Shown here one piece after another: positions 1 to 8,172 of a stretch of 46,946 bases of DNA. The position numbers and the translations under genes were made by a program. Under the pieces are notes generated by a model. The model did no database searches, was not told the DNA's origin, and was given only the letters and a program-made list of their open reading frames with translations. This stretch comes from a virus (taxonomy: Duplodnaviria; Caudoviricetes). The stretch covers positions 1-46,946 of the IMG/VR virus record IMGVR_UViG_3300037483_000880, one strand, 5' to 3'. Positions within the stretch are counted from its first letter, which is position 1, and each line of letters starts with the position of its first letter.

Positions 1-175
1 GACAAAATTGCCATGGTTCGTGCGCAGGATAAACGAGACGCCGTGGACCTGCAGGATTTGTCGGCGGCTGATGAATTTTTTAACGAGGTGAAGAGATGAA
101 AGAAAAGATTTTAAATTGGTTATGCGTTGGGGAATGCGGGTCAAGCTCTAAAGCGATGGCTTTTGCCGCGCTAGG
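1..175. repeat. Terminal direct repeat, left copy (circular overlap)
   Basis: Matches 46772-46946 except C48 vs A46819. Confidence 0.97.
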
Positions 176-422
176 GATGCCAAATAATGGAAGTCACCCG
201 TATGACCCGGATGACCTGAATCGCTGTATTTTGCTGCTTGATATGGTTCCAGAAATCAGGCAGCACATGGACAGGGTGGCGTCCATTAACGGCACATGGG
301 CATTACTTGTGGCGCGTTGGCAAGAGGTAGAGCAGTGCTTTATTGATGAGGTTGGTTTTAATTGGTCTAAGGGGAAAAGAGCTCCTCGCACATACCAGAT
401 AATGAAAGATATTGGATGTTAA
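96..422 (+). CDS. Hypothetical phage protein
   Basis: 108-aa ORF after GAGGTG RBS; G-SS / P-D-DDLNRC-LL pattern typical of phage accessory proteins. Confidence 0.75.
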   Translation: MKEKILNWLCVGECGSSSKAMAFAALGMPNNGSHPYDPDDLNRCILLLDMVPEIRQHMDRVASINGTWALLVARWQEVEQCFIDEVGFNWSKGKRAPRTYQIMKDIGC

Positions 423-423
423 C

Positions 424-546
424 ATGAAAGAAAAAGTTGACGCTCAAGCCGCCATGATTGCAGCACTCTGTTATCTAAATCCAGAGAACAAGAGGAAACT
501 GGACGAGGCGATCGAGGAAAGTAAGAAAAAGGAGGAGGCAAAGTGA
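424..546 (+). CDS. Small hypothetical protein (40 aa)
   Basis: MKEKVDAQ...EEAK fills the gap; TGA overlaps the next ATG. Confidence 0.5.
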   Translation: MKEKVDAQAAMIAALCYLNPENKRKLDEAIEESKKKEEAK

Positions 547-1127
547 TGGACCATTTTGAAACCAATGTAGATGCCTACAATTACCTGATTGATCGGTGCA
601 GGGGAGGCTACCGGCAGGATATTCAGAGGGGATCTTTTGCCAACGAGTCAACTTACCGGCTGCAGTCTTTTCCCCTTATGTTGCGCATATTCTATCCAAC
701 AAATTTTCTTTATTTGCCGAAAACTGTAACCACCGGCATGATTGAGAAATATTACCAGGAGTACCTTGTCAATCCAGAGCGCAAAGAGCATGAGGTATAC
801 ACTTATGGGGAAAGAATAATGCAGCAGCTGCCCGCTGTGCTTGAGATGCTGGCCGCTACACCAATGACAAACCAGGCATCAATCAGCATCAGCCAGCCAA
901 GTGACATTTTTCTGGCCGATCCTCCATGTCTGCGCGAGTTGACTTTCTCTTGTTTTGGTGAAGCTTTGCACCTGACTTCGTGCTGGCGAAGCAATGATAT
1001 ATCGGAAGCATTTTTGATTAACCAGGGCGGGTTGGCTTTGTTACTCAAGGACACGGCAGAATACGCCGGGTTGAAGGTTGGTAATCATTTTTATTGCTCC
1101 CCTGGGGCACACATTTACGTGAGGTGA
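546..1127 (+). CDS. Thymidylate synthase-like protein (short type)
   Basis: YTYGERI, catalytic-type DPPCL, RSND and N(QGGL) motifs; GGAGGAGG RBS. Confidence 0.8.
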   Translation: MDHFETNVDAYNYLIDRCRGGYRQDIQRGSFANESTYRLQSFPLMLRIFYPTNFLYLPKTVTTGMIEKYYQEYLVNPERKEHEVYTYGERIMQQLPAVLEMLAATPMTNQASISISQPSDIFLADPPCLRELTFSCFGEALHLTSCWRSNDISEAFLINQGGLALLLKDTAEYAGLKVGNHFYCSPGAHIYVR

Positions 1128-1131
1128 CGAG

Positions 1132-1659
1132 ATGGCAAAAACGTTTGGCAAGAAATATTTGTTTGGCAACAAGGAATACACCTGCGACGATCTGCTGAAA
1201 ATAGCATGGGAAAAACAGGGCCGTATTTACACCTATGTGCAGCTTTATTCTCGCATCAAAAGGCTTGGTGTAGATGAGGCCGTCAATGGCTATAACAAAA
1301 AGAAAAAATGCGAGTGCGGATGCGGAGAAGAGTTTAAACCGGTTTCGAGCATCGACCGCAGGAAGTATTTCGACAAGGACCGCTGCCGGCGCCGGCATTT
1401 AAAAAATCTGATCATCAGGGGGCAACTGAAGCCGTCTCAGATCAACACATGCGTGACGTGCAAGAAGAAGTTTCCCATTTTCAAGCAAATCGGCATGCCT
1501 GCTGACCAAAAATTTTGCTGTGACGACTGCCGGAGCGAACACCACTCAATCATGATGCGCAAGAACAAAGGGGAAACAAAGAACGCTTACAGCAAACCAG
1601 AAGAGCGGTGGGAAGGATTGGACGACAAGCCGCGGGATTACAATCTGGCTTTGGTATGA
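1132..1659 (+). CDS. Cys-rich putative Zn-binding/DNA-binding protein
   Basis: CECGC, CVTC, CCDDC motifs; basic; last gene of the rightward early operon. Confidence 0.6.
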   Translation: MAKTFGKKYLFGNKEYTCDDLLKIAWEKQGRIYTYVQLYSRIKRLGVDEAVNGYNKKKKCECGCGEEFKPVSSIDRRKYFDKDRCRRRHLKNLIIRGQLKPSQINTCVTCKKKFPIFKQIGMPADQKFCCDDCRSEHHSIMMRKNKGETKNAYSKPEERWEGLDDKPRDYNLALV

Positions 1660-1661
1660 GG

Positions 1662-1688
1662 ATCGGCCGGGAATCTCACCCGGCCAAT
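1662..1688. terminator. Hairpin between convergent operons
   Basis: GGCCGGG-aatctca-CCCGGCC just after the 1659 stop; weak U-tract. Confidence 0.5.
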
Positions 1689-1744
1689 TCTGGCATTCGA
1701 TTTTTGGTTATACTGGCCATCGGTTTTCAGTTATACCAGGCCTC

Positions 1745-2020
1745 TCATAACCCAATTTCCTTGTGCAGATAGCGGATGCGCTCAACGGTTTTGTCAGTAA
1801 ACAAATCGTTAATCAAGACAAAAAAATTAAGTTCTTCGCGTTGTGCCTGCCGGTATCCTTCCAGTTTTGCCGCGGCGATGGCTGCGGCAACCTCATTTCT
1901 GATGGCGGTCATGATTTTGTCTGACGGTGTTTCTCCTGGGTCATATCCGATAGTGACGCACTCCTGGCACTGGCCAGCATCAGCGCGGCTGCACTCCTGG
2001 CAAGCTGGATATTTATTCAT
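1745..2020 (-). CDS. Hypothetical protein with CxxC pairs
   Basis: MNKYPACQEC...CQEC after GGAGG RBS. Confidence 0.6.
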   Translation of the reverse strand: MNKYPACQECSRADAGQCQECVTIGYDPGETPSDKIMTAIRNEVAAAIAAAKLEGYRQAQREELNFFVLINDLFTDKTVERIRYLHKEIGL

Positions 2021-2232
2021 ATCGTTTCCTCCATCACGGTGGTCAAAATACACGTATTGACCACGGCTTTGACCGCGCCAACCACGTCAATTTGTCTGCA
2101 GTTTGCCGGCAGGTTTTCGATGCATCGCTTGGCCTCTTCGACCGTGGGGTAATCACCATACAGCGGATTGTACCCGGCAGCAAAACAGGCGTGCTGTTGC
2201 CGGGGTGTGAGGAGCTCAAAGTTTGATTTCAT
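2017..2232 (-). CDS. Hypothetical protein
   Basis: MKSNFELL start after GGAG; stop overlaps the next start. Confidence 0.55.
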   Translation of the reverse strand: MKSNFELLTPRQQHACFAAGYNPLYGDYPTVEEAKRCIENLPANCRQIDVVGAVKAVVNTCILTTVMEETI

Positions 2233-2401
2233 GGTCGAATTCTCCCAGTGCATTGAGCCCGGCTACAGTGATCATACCCATTTTTTCGGCCAGCGATCCT
2301 GGTATTTTATCAACTTGCGCCCACAGTTTACGTTGCAATCCTACTGTGCGGTTCTCCTTTTTCTCTTCCACTGGCTTTGTCTGCCCGCCTCGTTTTTTCA
2401 T
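2216..2401 (-). CDS. Small basic protein, possibly DNA-binding
   Basis: 61 aa, GGAGG RBS, basic N-terminus. Confidence 0.45.
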   Translation of the reverse strand: MKKRGGQTKPVEEKKENRTVGLQRKLWAQVDKIPGSLAEKMGMITVAGLNALGEFDHEIKL

Positions 2402-2627
2402 TTTGTTTTTCCTCCAAAATAAAATTCAATGATTCCTATTTTTGCCATACACGTGTTGTGTTCAGCGCAATATCTATCACGGTATCGCACGTAATAAAAA
2501 TACATGTCTGTAAGTTGTGATTGAGTAAATCCAGCAAATAGCATGCGTTCTCCTCACAGGTAAAATTCAACGATGCCGGCGAGCATGTAAATCGCCGGGA
2601 TGAACAGGGCCAGTTGCCATGGTTTCA

Positions 2628-2798
2628 TCAGTCAAGCTCATAAAGTTCGGATTCGTAAATTTCCGCTGATTCGGCAGGATATGAGCAGCCACCAGCGAAA
2701 CCCCATTTATCGGGGGAAATAACTGCGTTCAAAATGTTCCGCCTGATTGCGTCTATCAGTTGCTGGTCGTCAAATTTTACGGTTTGAAAGTTTTTCAT
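2628..2798 (-). CDS. Small hypothetical protein (56 aa)
   Basis: MKNFQTVKFDD... read by hand; GAGGGG RBS. Confidence 0.5.
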   Translation of the reverse strand: MKNFQTVKFDDQQLIDAIRRNILNAVISPDKWGFAGGCSYPAESAEIYESELYELD

Positions 2799-2869
2799 GA
2801 TCTTTCCCCTCTCAAAATATCCCGGTCTGCCGGGTCAGTTTAACCGCTCTCCGTTGGCCGGGGGAATGG

Positions 2870-3106
2870 TTATGCAACTGCAATCCACCATCCTTCTGCA
2901 CCTCTTTGGCGATGACCGCCGAGAATAAATTCTTTTTTTGCCGCGCGCTGCAATGCTTGGTAAAGGTTGCTTGTTTTGGTTTGAGGGGCCGGCAAACCAC
3001 CAATGATTTCTATCTCAGTGTCATCTGGCCAGTTGTTTTGGCTTAACTTTTTTGCTAATCTTGATTTTGGGTGGCCTGCTATATACTCTTTTTTCGTTGT
3101 TTTCAT
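2870..3106 (-). CDS. Hypothetical protein
   Basis: 78-aa ORF with ATGA overlap. Confidence 0.55.
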   Translation of the reverse strand: MKTTKKEYIAGHPKSRLAKKLSQNNWPDDTEIEIIGGLPAPQTKTSNLYQALQRAAKKEFILGGHRQRGAEGWWIAVA

Positions 3107-3426
3107 GATTTTGCCTCATCTTTTTTCGATGCCTTGTAGGCGTCAACCGGGTTATTGCTGATGTAGTTCAATTCGCCAACTCCGTTAACCTGGTGGTACT
3201 CGGGGGCAGAATTGCGCGGTTTGCGGAAATCCTTTTGTCCTACCGCGATAATATCTCCGGGCTCACAGGTGATGTATAATTCGCCTGATTGTCCAGGCCG
3301 ACCCTGCCAGTCACCGAACTTGAATTCCCCTTTGCGGCTGCTGCTGTAGTCAACAACTGCGATCCAAGGTTTGCCGTACCTGCGCTCGTTGTAGCTGTCT
3401 GTTGCTTTCGTGATTTCCATGGTCAT
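3103..3426 (-). CDS. Hypothetical phage protein, first gene of the leftward operon
   Basis: 107 aa, AGGAG RBS, downstream of a strong promoter. Confidence 0.7.
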   Translation of the reverse strand: MTMEITKATDSYNERRYGKPWIAVVDYSSSRKGEFKFGDWQGRPGQSGELYITCEPGDIIAVGQKDFRKPRNSAPEYHQVNGVGELNYISNNPVDAYKASKKDEAKS

Positions 3427-3489
3427 GCTCCTGTTTTTGTGCCTTGCGGCAATGGATGTTTTAGTTTAATGCCCTTCCCTTTGATTAAT

Positions 3490-3518
3490 AATATAGCCAG
3501 TATTGTGCCACAAGTCAA
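3490..3518 (-). promoter_or_regulatory. Sigma70-type promoter
   Basis: TTGACT-17nt-TATATT on the minus strand. Confidence 0.7.
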
Positions 3519-3817
3519 GTTAAATTAATAAAATATTATCATCAATAAAAACGTGTGTTTACGTGGTGCAAGGTGGAATGCGATAAAATAATAATTGACT
3601 CGGGAAAGCAGAGTTCGCCCGAATGGTAGGCGCATGTTGATTTTTGTGGGCTAATTATGCTGCGGTGATGGTAGATGTCAGATTATTGACGCGCAACACC
3701 TAATATTATAGCAATACCTACCTGGTAGCGTCAGATTACTGACACATGATATGCATCTATTTGAAATCATTATGTTTTACCAACCAATGCGGGTAAACCT
3801 GTCAATAATTTGACGCA

Positions 3818-3834
3818 ATGCATGCACCATGCCA
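3818..3834 (-). promoter_or_regulatory. Possible sigma54 (-24/-12) promoter
   Basis: TGGCATGGTGCATGCAT, GG-N10-GC. Confidence 0.4.
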
Positions 3835-3872
3835 CTACAACGAAAATTCATCTTTCTGCTATCCTAATCAAG

Positions 3873-3885
3873 CAAGTAGTTGATA
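3873..3885 (-). promoter_or_regulatory. IHF-like binding site
   Basis: TATCAACTACTTG matches WATCAANNNNTTR. Confidence 0.5.
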
Positions 3886-3898
3886 TTGTTAACTTTTT

Positions 3899-3955
3899 GG
3901 GTCCTTCCGTTCGGATCTGTTGGGGGTACGTTCGCGGCTCGATTTGTCGGAACGG
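3899..3955 (+). other. Putative cos packaging site
   Basis: GGGTCCT (lambda cosQ sequence) at 3899-3905, then an imperfect inverted repeat 3907-3915/3947-3955; genome has a GpA-type terminase. Confidence 0.6.
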
Positions 3956-4016
3956 TTGAAAAATTGGCATGGCGGACCCCTGGCAGCGTCAAATTATTGA
4001 CATTTTTAATAAATAC

Positions 4017-4044
4017 TTGACAATACACGTGCATCGTATACGAT
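4017..4044 (+). promoter_or_regulatory. Sigma70-type promoter
   Basis: TTGACA-16nt-TACGAT before an AGGAGG RBS. Confidence 0.55.
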
Positions 4045-4066
4045 AGTAAAAACAGGAGGTAACACG

Positions 4067-4222
4067 ATGAAACCAATTTATTTATCGAATCGGTTGTGGA
4101 ATTATTGCAGGCACGAGTATAAACCATCCAGAGGGCCACTGGTTATTGAGTGGTGGGTTTATCGCCGGGTGGAAATGGTCTGGCAAAACGCTCCGGTCCA
4201 GGCATTTTTTTATTCTTCGTGA
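4067..4222 (+). CDS. Small hypothetical protein (51 aa)
   Basis: Strong AGGAGGT RBS; MKPIYLSNRLW... Confidence 0.45.
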   Translation: MKPIYLSNRLWNYCRHEYKPSRGPLVIEWWVYRRVEMVWQNAPVQAFFYSS

Positions 4223-4233
4223 GGCGGAACGAT

Positions 4234-4395
4234 ATGGCAAGGGTACAACGGCAAGTAAGTTGGGATAAAAAATATGATGAGTTGTTGAAGGCCTACACCA
4301 CGGCCATGGGTATATCCGTGTCGGAGCTGCTGCGGCGGCTCATTGATGATTTTTTCGCAAGAGGGGCGACCGATGCAGATAAGCATAAGCAGTAA
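4234..4395 (+). CDS. Ribbon-helix-helix DNA-binding protein
   Basis: RQVSW strand plus helices with GISVSELLRRLI signature. Confidence 0.7.
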   Translation: MARVQRQVSWDKKYDELLKAYTTAMGISVSELLRRLIDDFFARGATDADKHKQ

Positions 4396-4969
4396 TCTGG
4401 CAAAATTCCGGCGGTCCATCGAGGCCGACGCCAAGCAGATACCCTATGCCACCATGTTGGCCGTCAACAACACCATGACGGCGGTTGCGGTGCGGGTGAC
4501 TTCCGCCATGCCCCATTACATTGATCGCCCCATACCGTTCACGAAGAGGGCGTTCCTGTGGTCCAATGGGAGATTTAAAGGCATCCGCGCCACGAAGGCC
4601 AGACCATCCGCTGCGTTGATCTGCGCCCCGATCCAGAATAATTACCTCCGGTGGATCGTTTCTGGCGGCCATGAGGTATTTCCTAAGGGCCACCCGGTCC
4701 CCGGTCCAACTTACCCGCTTAACGCCTACGGCAACCTGCCGCGGCGGGCCACCAAGGCGAACGGAACCTTTGTGGTCAAGACCAAGGGCGGTAAAAGTCT
4801 CACCTATCGTCGGGTGGGTGGTAAAATGCAGCTGGTCGCGGAATTTATTCGGTCCGCCGGATATAAGCGGACATTTCCGTTCTATGACATCGCGCTCCGC
4901 ACAGCTATCCGCCGGTTCCCCATGGAATTTCGTATGGCTATGCGGCGGGCAATTAAGACAGCTAAATAA
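4373..4969 (+). CDS. gpZ-like minor tail/neck protein
   Basis: Basic; KQIPYATMLAVN..IDRP-PFT..FPFY pattern; directly before terS. Confidence 0.55.
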   Translation: MQISISSNLAKFRRSIEADAKQIPYATMLAVNNTMTAVAVRVTSAMPHYIDRPIPFTKRAFLWSNGRFKGIRATKARPSAALICAPIQNNYLRWIVSGGHEVFPKGHPVPGPTYPLNAYGNLPRRATKANGTFVVKTKGGKSLTYRRVGGKMQLVAEFIRSAGYKRTFPFYDIALRTAIRRFPMEFRMAMRRAIKTAK

Positions 4970-5451
4970 TGGCCATAACCTCACAGAATTGGACCATCTC
5001 CGCCATTTCCGTGGAGCTTCGTCGGTCAAAGCAAACCATTGCCGAGATTATCGACCAGGCCAAAATCCTTCCGGTTGAGGTCAAAGGCAAGAGCGGGCTT
5101 TACAAAATGGCCGATGTGGTTAACGCCATGGTTGGCAGCCAGGAACTAGATCTGCAGCAAGAGAAAGCGAAATTAGCTGTGGAGCAAAGCCGGCGGCTGC
5201 GGATGGCAAACGACGCAGAAGAGCGTCGGCTCGCTCCGGTTGATGAGATTACCGATGTCCTGGCCGAAGTGTGCGCGATAATCTCAAGCGGCCTTGACGC
5301 GCTGCCCCTGACCCTCAAGAAACGCAGTCCAACGCTGACTGGAAAAGATATAGAATTGATCCGTAAAGAGATTGCCAGGTGTCGGAACACCACGGGGCAA
5401 GCCATACTTGACTATGTTGGGAAAAATGGACATCAGCCAAGCGATAATTAA
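4969..5451 (+). CDS. Terminase small subunit (Nu1-like)
   Basis: N-terminal HTH, coiled coil, LDALP-TLKKR-P-L; precedes terL. Confidence 0.8.
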   Translation: MAITSQNWTISAISVELRRSKQTIAEIIDQAKILPVEVKGKSGLYKMADVVNAMVGSQELDLQQEKAKLAVEQSRRLRMANDAEERRLAPVDEITDVLAEVCAIISSGLDALPLTLKKRSPTLTGKDIELIRKEIARCRNTTGQAILDYVGKNGHQPSDN

Positions 5452-7333
5452 CGGGATTCAGACGCTGTTCATCCCGGAGCCGCTCCGGTGTTCGGAGTGG
5501 ATGGACAAGAATTTTTATCTTTCCCCTGAGTCGAGTTCCATTCAAGGCCCTTGGAAAAGCCTGCCGTATCAAATCGGCCCACTTAATTGGATCGGCAACG
5601 ACAATATCCACACGATTGACATCCAAAAGAGCGCAAGGGTTGGGTATACCAAGTGGATAATTGGCGGCTGCGGGTATTTTATCGAGCACAAGAAAAGAAA
5701 CGTTCTCACCTACCAACCCACGGACTCCGACGCGCAGGATTTTGTCAAAGATGAGGTAAACGCCATGCTCCGGGATGTGCCGGTGGTGCGTAAATGCCTC
5801 AAGTGCGATCCTGAAACAAAATCCGAGTATAACACCATGGAGAAGAAGTGTTTCTATGGTGCCACATGGGACATAAAAGGTGGAAAGTCTCCCCGGAACT
5901 ACCGCAGAATGACGAAAGATGTCGTCTGTTATGACGAACTGGACGCTTTTGACCAGGATATTGGTGGTGGCGAAGATGGAGAGGGTGGGCCGACTGATCT
6001 TGGCGATGTCCGTATTTCTACCAGCTCTTTTCCGAAATCAATCCGTGGCACTACGCCGAAAATAAAAAATACGTCGCTCATCGAAGCGAGCATAGCTCAG
6101 GCCACGATGCTAATGTGGAGGTATTTGCCGTGCCCCCACTGTGACGGGATGCAGCGCCTTGAGTGGAAAAATTTTAAGTGGGAAAATGACGACCCCACCA
6201 CGGTTCAATATCATTGCCGGCACTGCGGCGCCGGTATAACCTATGATCAGTACCCGGAGATGGACGCGGCCGGCCGATGGCAGACTGACGACTGGTATTG
6301 GTACGATGAGGAGACTGATTGTTTTTTTGATCCGGATAACCAGCTTGTCGAAGATCCATACCATCTCGGGGTAAGAATTTGGGCCGCATACTCGTATTTT
6401 CTCACATGGCCCAGGCTGGTTAATGAGTTCATTATTGCCAACCGGGACGCAAAAATAGGTAAGCTCACCAAGTTAAAAACATTTGTCAATACCTACCTGG
6501 GGGAGACGTGGGAAGAGATTGGAGAGCGGGTGGTGCAGAAGTGGGCCGACCGGGTAGAGGAGTACGAACCTGACGCTCTGCCGGCCGGGGTGCTTTATAT
6601 CACGGCCGGGTGCGATGTCCAAGGTGGTAAAGACGCCAGGATAGAGGCGGAAATTGTCGGGTGGGGGATTGGGGAGGAGTCGTGGAGTATTGATTATTTG
6701 AGCATCCCCGGAGATCCGGAGCAACAAGAGGTGTGGGACCATCTAGACGAGGAGTTGATGGGGCGGTTTATCCGCGAGGATGGCGTGGCTCTATACGTCT
6801 CAGCGGCGTGTGTTGACGCAGGGTATTTGCCATCCAGGGTTCATCGGTTCACCCGGCCCCGTAAGCGCCGGCGAATTTTTGCCACAAAGGGGAAGTCTCA
6901 GCATACCGGCCCGCTTTCCGGCAAGCCGTCATGGCAGGGGGAGAAAGGTCTTAAAGCGTTGCAGTACCCGGTGAATACCGATGAGGCTAAGACCATTCTT
7001 TTTACCAGGATCGAGCGGGTGAAGGAGAAGGGCCCGGGGTACTGCCATTTCCCTTCCAGGTACGTGAATGATTATTTTGACATGCTGACTGCGGAAGAGA
7101 AAGTTCTCAAGAAGATAAACGGGTCGAAGCGGTATGTTTGGGAGAAAAAAACGGAGCACACGCCAAACGAGGCGATAGACTGCCGCGTGAATGCCATGGT
7201 TGCTTTGCAAATCGGTAATCCGAATCTCCCCAAGCTTAAATTGCGGTTGGAGCAAGAGGCAGACGCGATGAAAAATAAAGTCGCTCCGGCGAGGGTGGGC
7301 GGGCGGGCGGTGAGGAGTAAAGGGCTTGGATGA
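5414..7333 (+). CDS. Terminase large subunit, lambda GpA family
   Basis: KSARVGYT, VCYDELD, CPHC, GCDVQ and NEAIDC motifs; start may be 5426. Confidence 0.95.
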   Translation: MLGKMDISQAIINGIQTLFIPEPLRCSEWMDKNFYLSPESSSIQGPWKSLPYQIGPLNWIGNDNIHTIDIQKSARVGYTKWIIGGCGYFIEHKKRNVLTYQPTDSDAQDFVKDEVNAMLRDVPVVRKCLKCDPETKSEYNTMEKKCFYGATWDIKGGKSPRNYRRMTKDVVCYDELDAFDQDIGGGEDGEGGPTDLGDVRISTSSFPKSIRGTTPKIKNTSLIEASIAQATMLMWRYLPCPHCDGMQRLEWKNFKWENDDPTTVQYHCRHCGAGITYDQYPEMDAAGRWQTDDWYWYDEETDCFFDPDNQLVEDPYHLGVRIWAAYSYFLTWPRLVNEFIIANRDAKIGKLTKLKTFVNTYLGETWEEIGERVVQKWADRVEEYEPDALPAGVLYITAGCDVQGGKDARIEAEIVGWGIGEESWSIDYLSIPGDPEQQEVWDHLDEELMGRFIREDGVALYVSAACVDAGYLPSRVHRFTRPRKRRRIFATKGKSQHTGPLSGKPSWQGEKGLKALQYPVNTDEAKTILFTRIERVKEKGPGYCHFPSRYVNDYFDMLTAEEKVLKKINGSKRYVWEKKTEHTPNEAIDCRVNAMVALQIGNPNLPKLKLRLEQEADAMKNKVAPARVGGRAVRSKGLG

Positions 7334-7544
7334 CGATCTGCAGCGCCTATTTGATAATCTTGACCCGGACGCCGCGGAGTGTGTTGCGGCGGTTATTTTA
7401 CGCCTTGCCGGGCATAAGTTGACCAAGTATACCGGGCGCGTCGTGCTGACCGTTGATTTCGGCCAGGGCTCGCTTTTCGACGCGTCGTGGTCCGATCAAC
7501 TCGCAGGGAAGAGAAAAAGACAAGTGAGGAGTGGTGGAATATGA
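7326..7544 (+). CDS. Hypothetical protein
   Basis: 72 aa, overlaps terL stop. Confidence 0.55.
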   Translation: MDDDLQRLFDNLDPDAAECVAAVILRLAGHKLTKYTGRVVLTVDFGQGSLFDASWSDQLAGKRKRQVRSGGI

Positions 7545-7858
7545 AAATAGAAATAAGTATACCAAAGGAACTCGTTATTGCCAACCTGGATGCGAAAATG
7601 GACCTGCGCGTTAAGTCGAAGACTTTTATCAATTCCACTTTATGTGAGCCGTGGGTAGGGATTGAAGACCCCAGCCACCACGAACAGCACGCCGTAAAAG
7701 GTAAAACCCTATCAAAGTATCTAAATCACCCAGAATGGCGGAACACTTGCCGCTGTTGCGGTAATGCTGAAATTTCCATTTTTGAGAGCAATTGTGACGC
7801 GTGTAAATTACAAATGGTGTTTACCGGATTGGGTAGGAAAAATAATTTGACAAAATAG
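7541..7858 (+). CDS. Hypothetical protein with CRCC/CDAC motifs
   Basis: ATGA overlap with upstream gene. Confidence 0.55.
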   Translation: MKIEISIPKELVIANLDAKMDLRVKSKTFINSTLCEPWVGIEDPSHHEQHAVKGKTLSKYLNHPEWRNTCRCCGNAEISIFESNCDACKLQMVFTGLGRKNNLTK

Positions 7859-7875
7859 TTTTTTTCTTATATAAG
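7847..7875 (+). promoter_or_regulatory. Possible late promoter
   Basis: TTGACA-17nt-TATAAG, AT-rich. Confidence 0.45.
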
Positions 7876-7921
7876 TAATTTTAATCGGGTTCCTTGCGCC
7901 GTTGTTTCCTCTCTTCGCTCG

Positions 7922-7959
7922 CCCCGCAACTCTGGTATAGTAGAGTTGCGGGGTTTTTT
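7922..7959 (+). terminator. Intrinsic terminator upstream of the head genes
   Basis: 12-bp stem CCCCGCAACTCT/AGAGTTGCGGGG plus T6. Confidence 0.85.
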
Positions 7960-7971
7960 ATTTGGTGGACT

Positions 7972-8172
7972 ATGACAGATGAAGAATATCTTGCAGAATT
8001 GACTGTATCCCGTAGCAAAGCTTTACAGGCGCAATCATATTCTATCAAGGACCGGGCGGCGACACGGGCAAACCTGACAGAGATAAACAACGAAATCAAG
8101 CGCATTGAACGAAAAATTGCCCGCACGACGGATGGCGGCATCCGGGTGCGTGGCGTAACTCCGGTGGGTTGA
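7972..8172 (+). CDS. gpW-like head-tail joining protein
   Basis: QSYSIKDR-ATRANL-EI motif; directly before portal. Confidence 0.75.
   Translation: MTDEEYLAELTVSRSKALQAQSYSIKDRAATRANLTEINNEIKRIERKIARTTDGGIRVRGVTPVG

Larger units (their letters stand above)
3669..4002. repeat. Four GTCA-N6-TGAC palindromic boxes
   Basis: Copies at about 3676-3692, 3728-3745, 3800-3816 and 3986-4002; the last two are a perfect 17-bp inverted pair GCGTCAAATTATTGACA. Confidence 0.85.

Noticed and set aside
1-175. Biological direct terminal repeat or att site
   Set aside because: It cuts through coding sequence and the GpA-type terminase implies cos ends, so an assembly overlap is more likely
3669-4002. Mini CRISPR array
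   Set aside because: Repeats are short, degenerate, irregularly spaced and in mixed orientation; no cas genes
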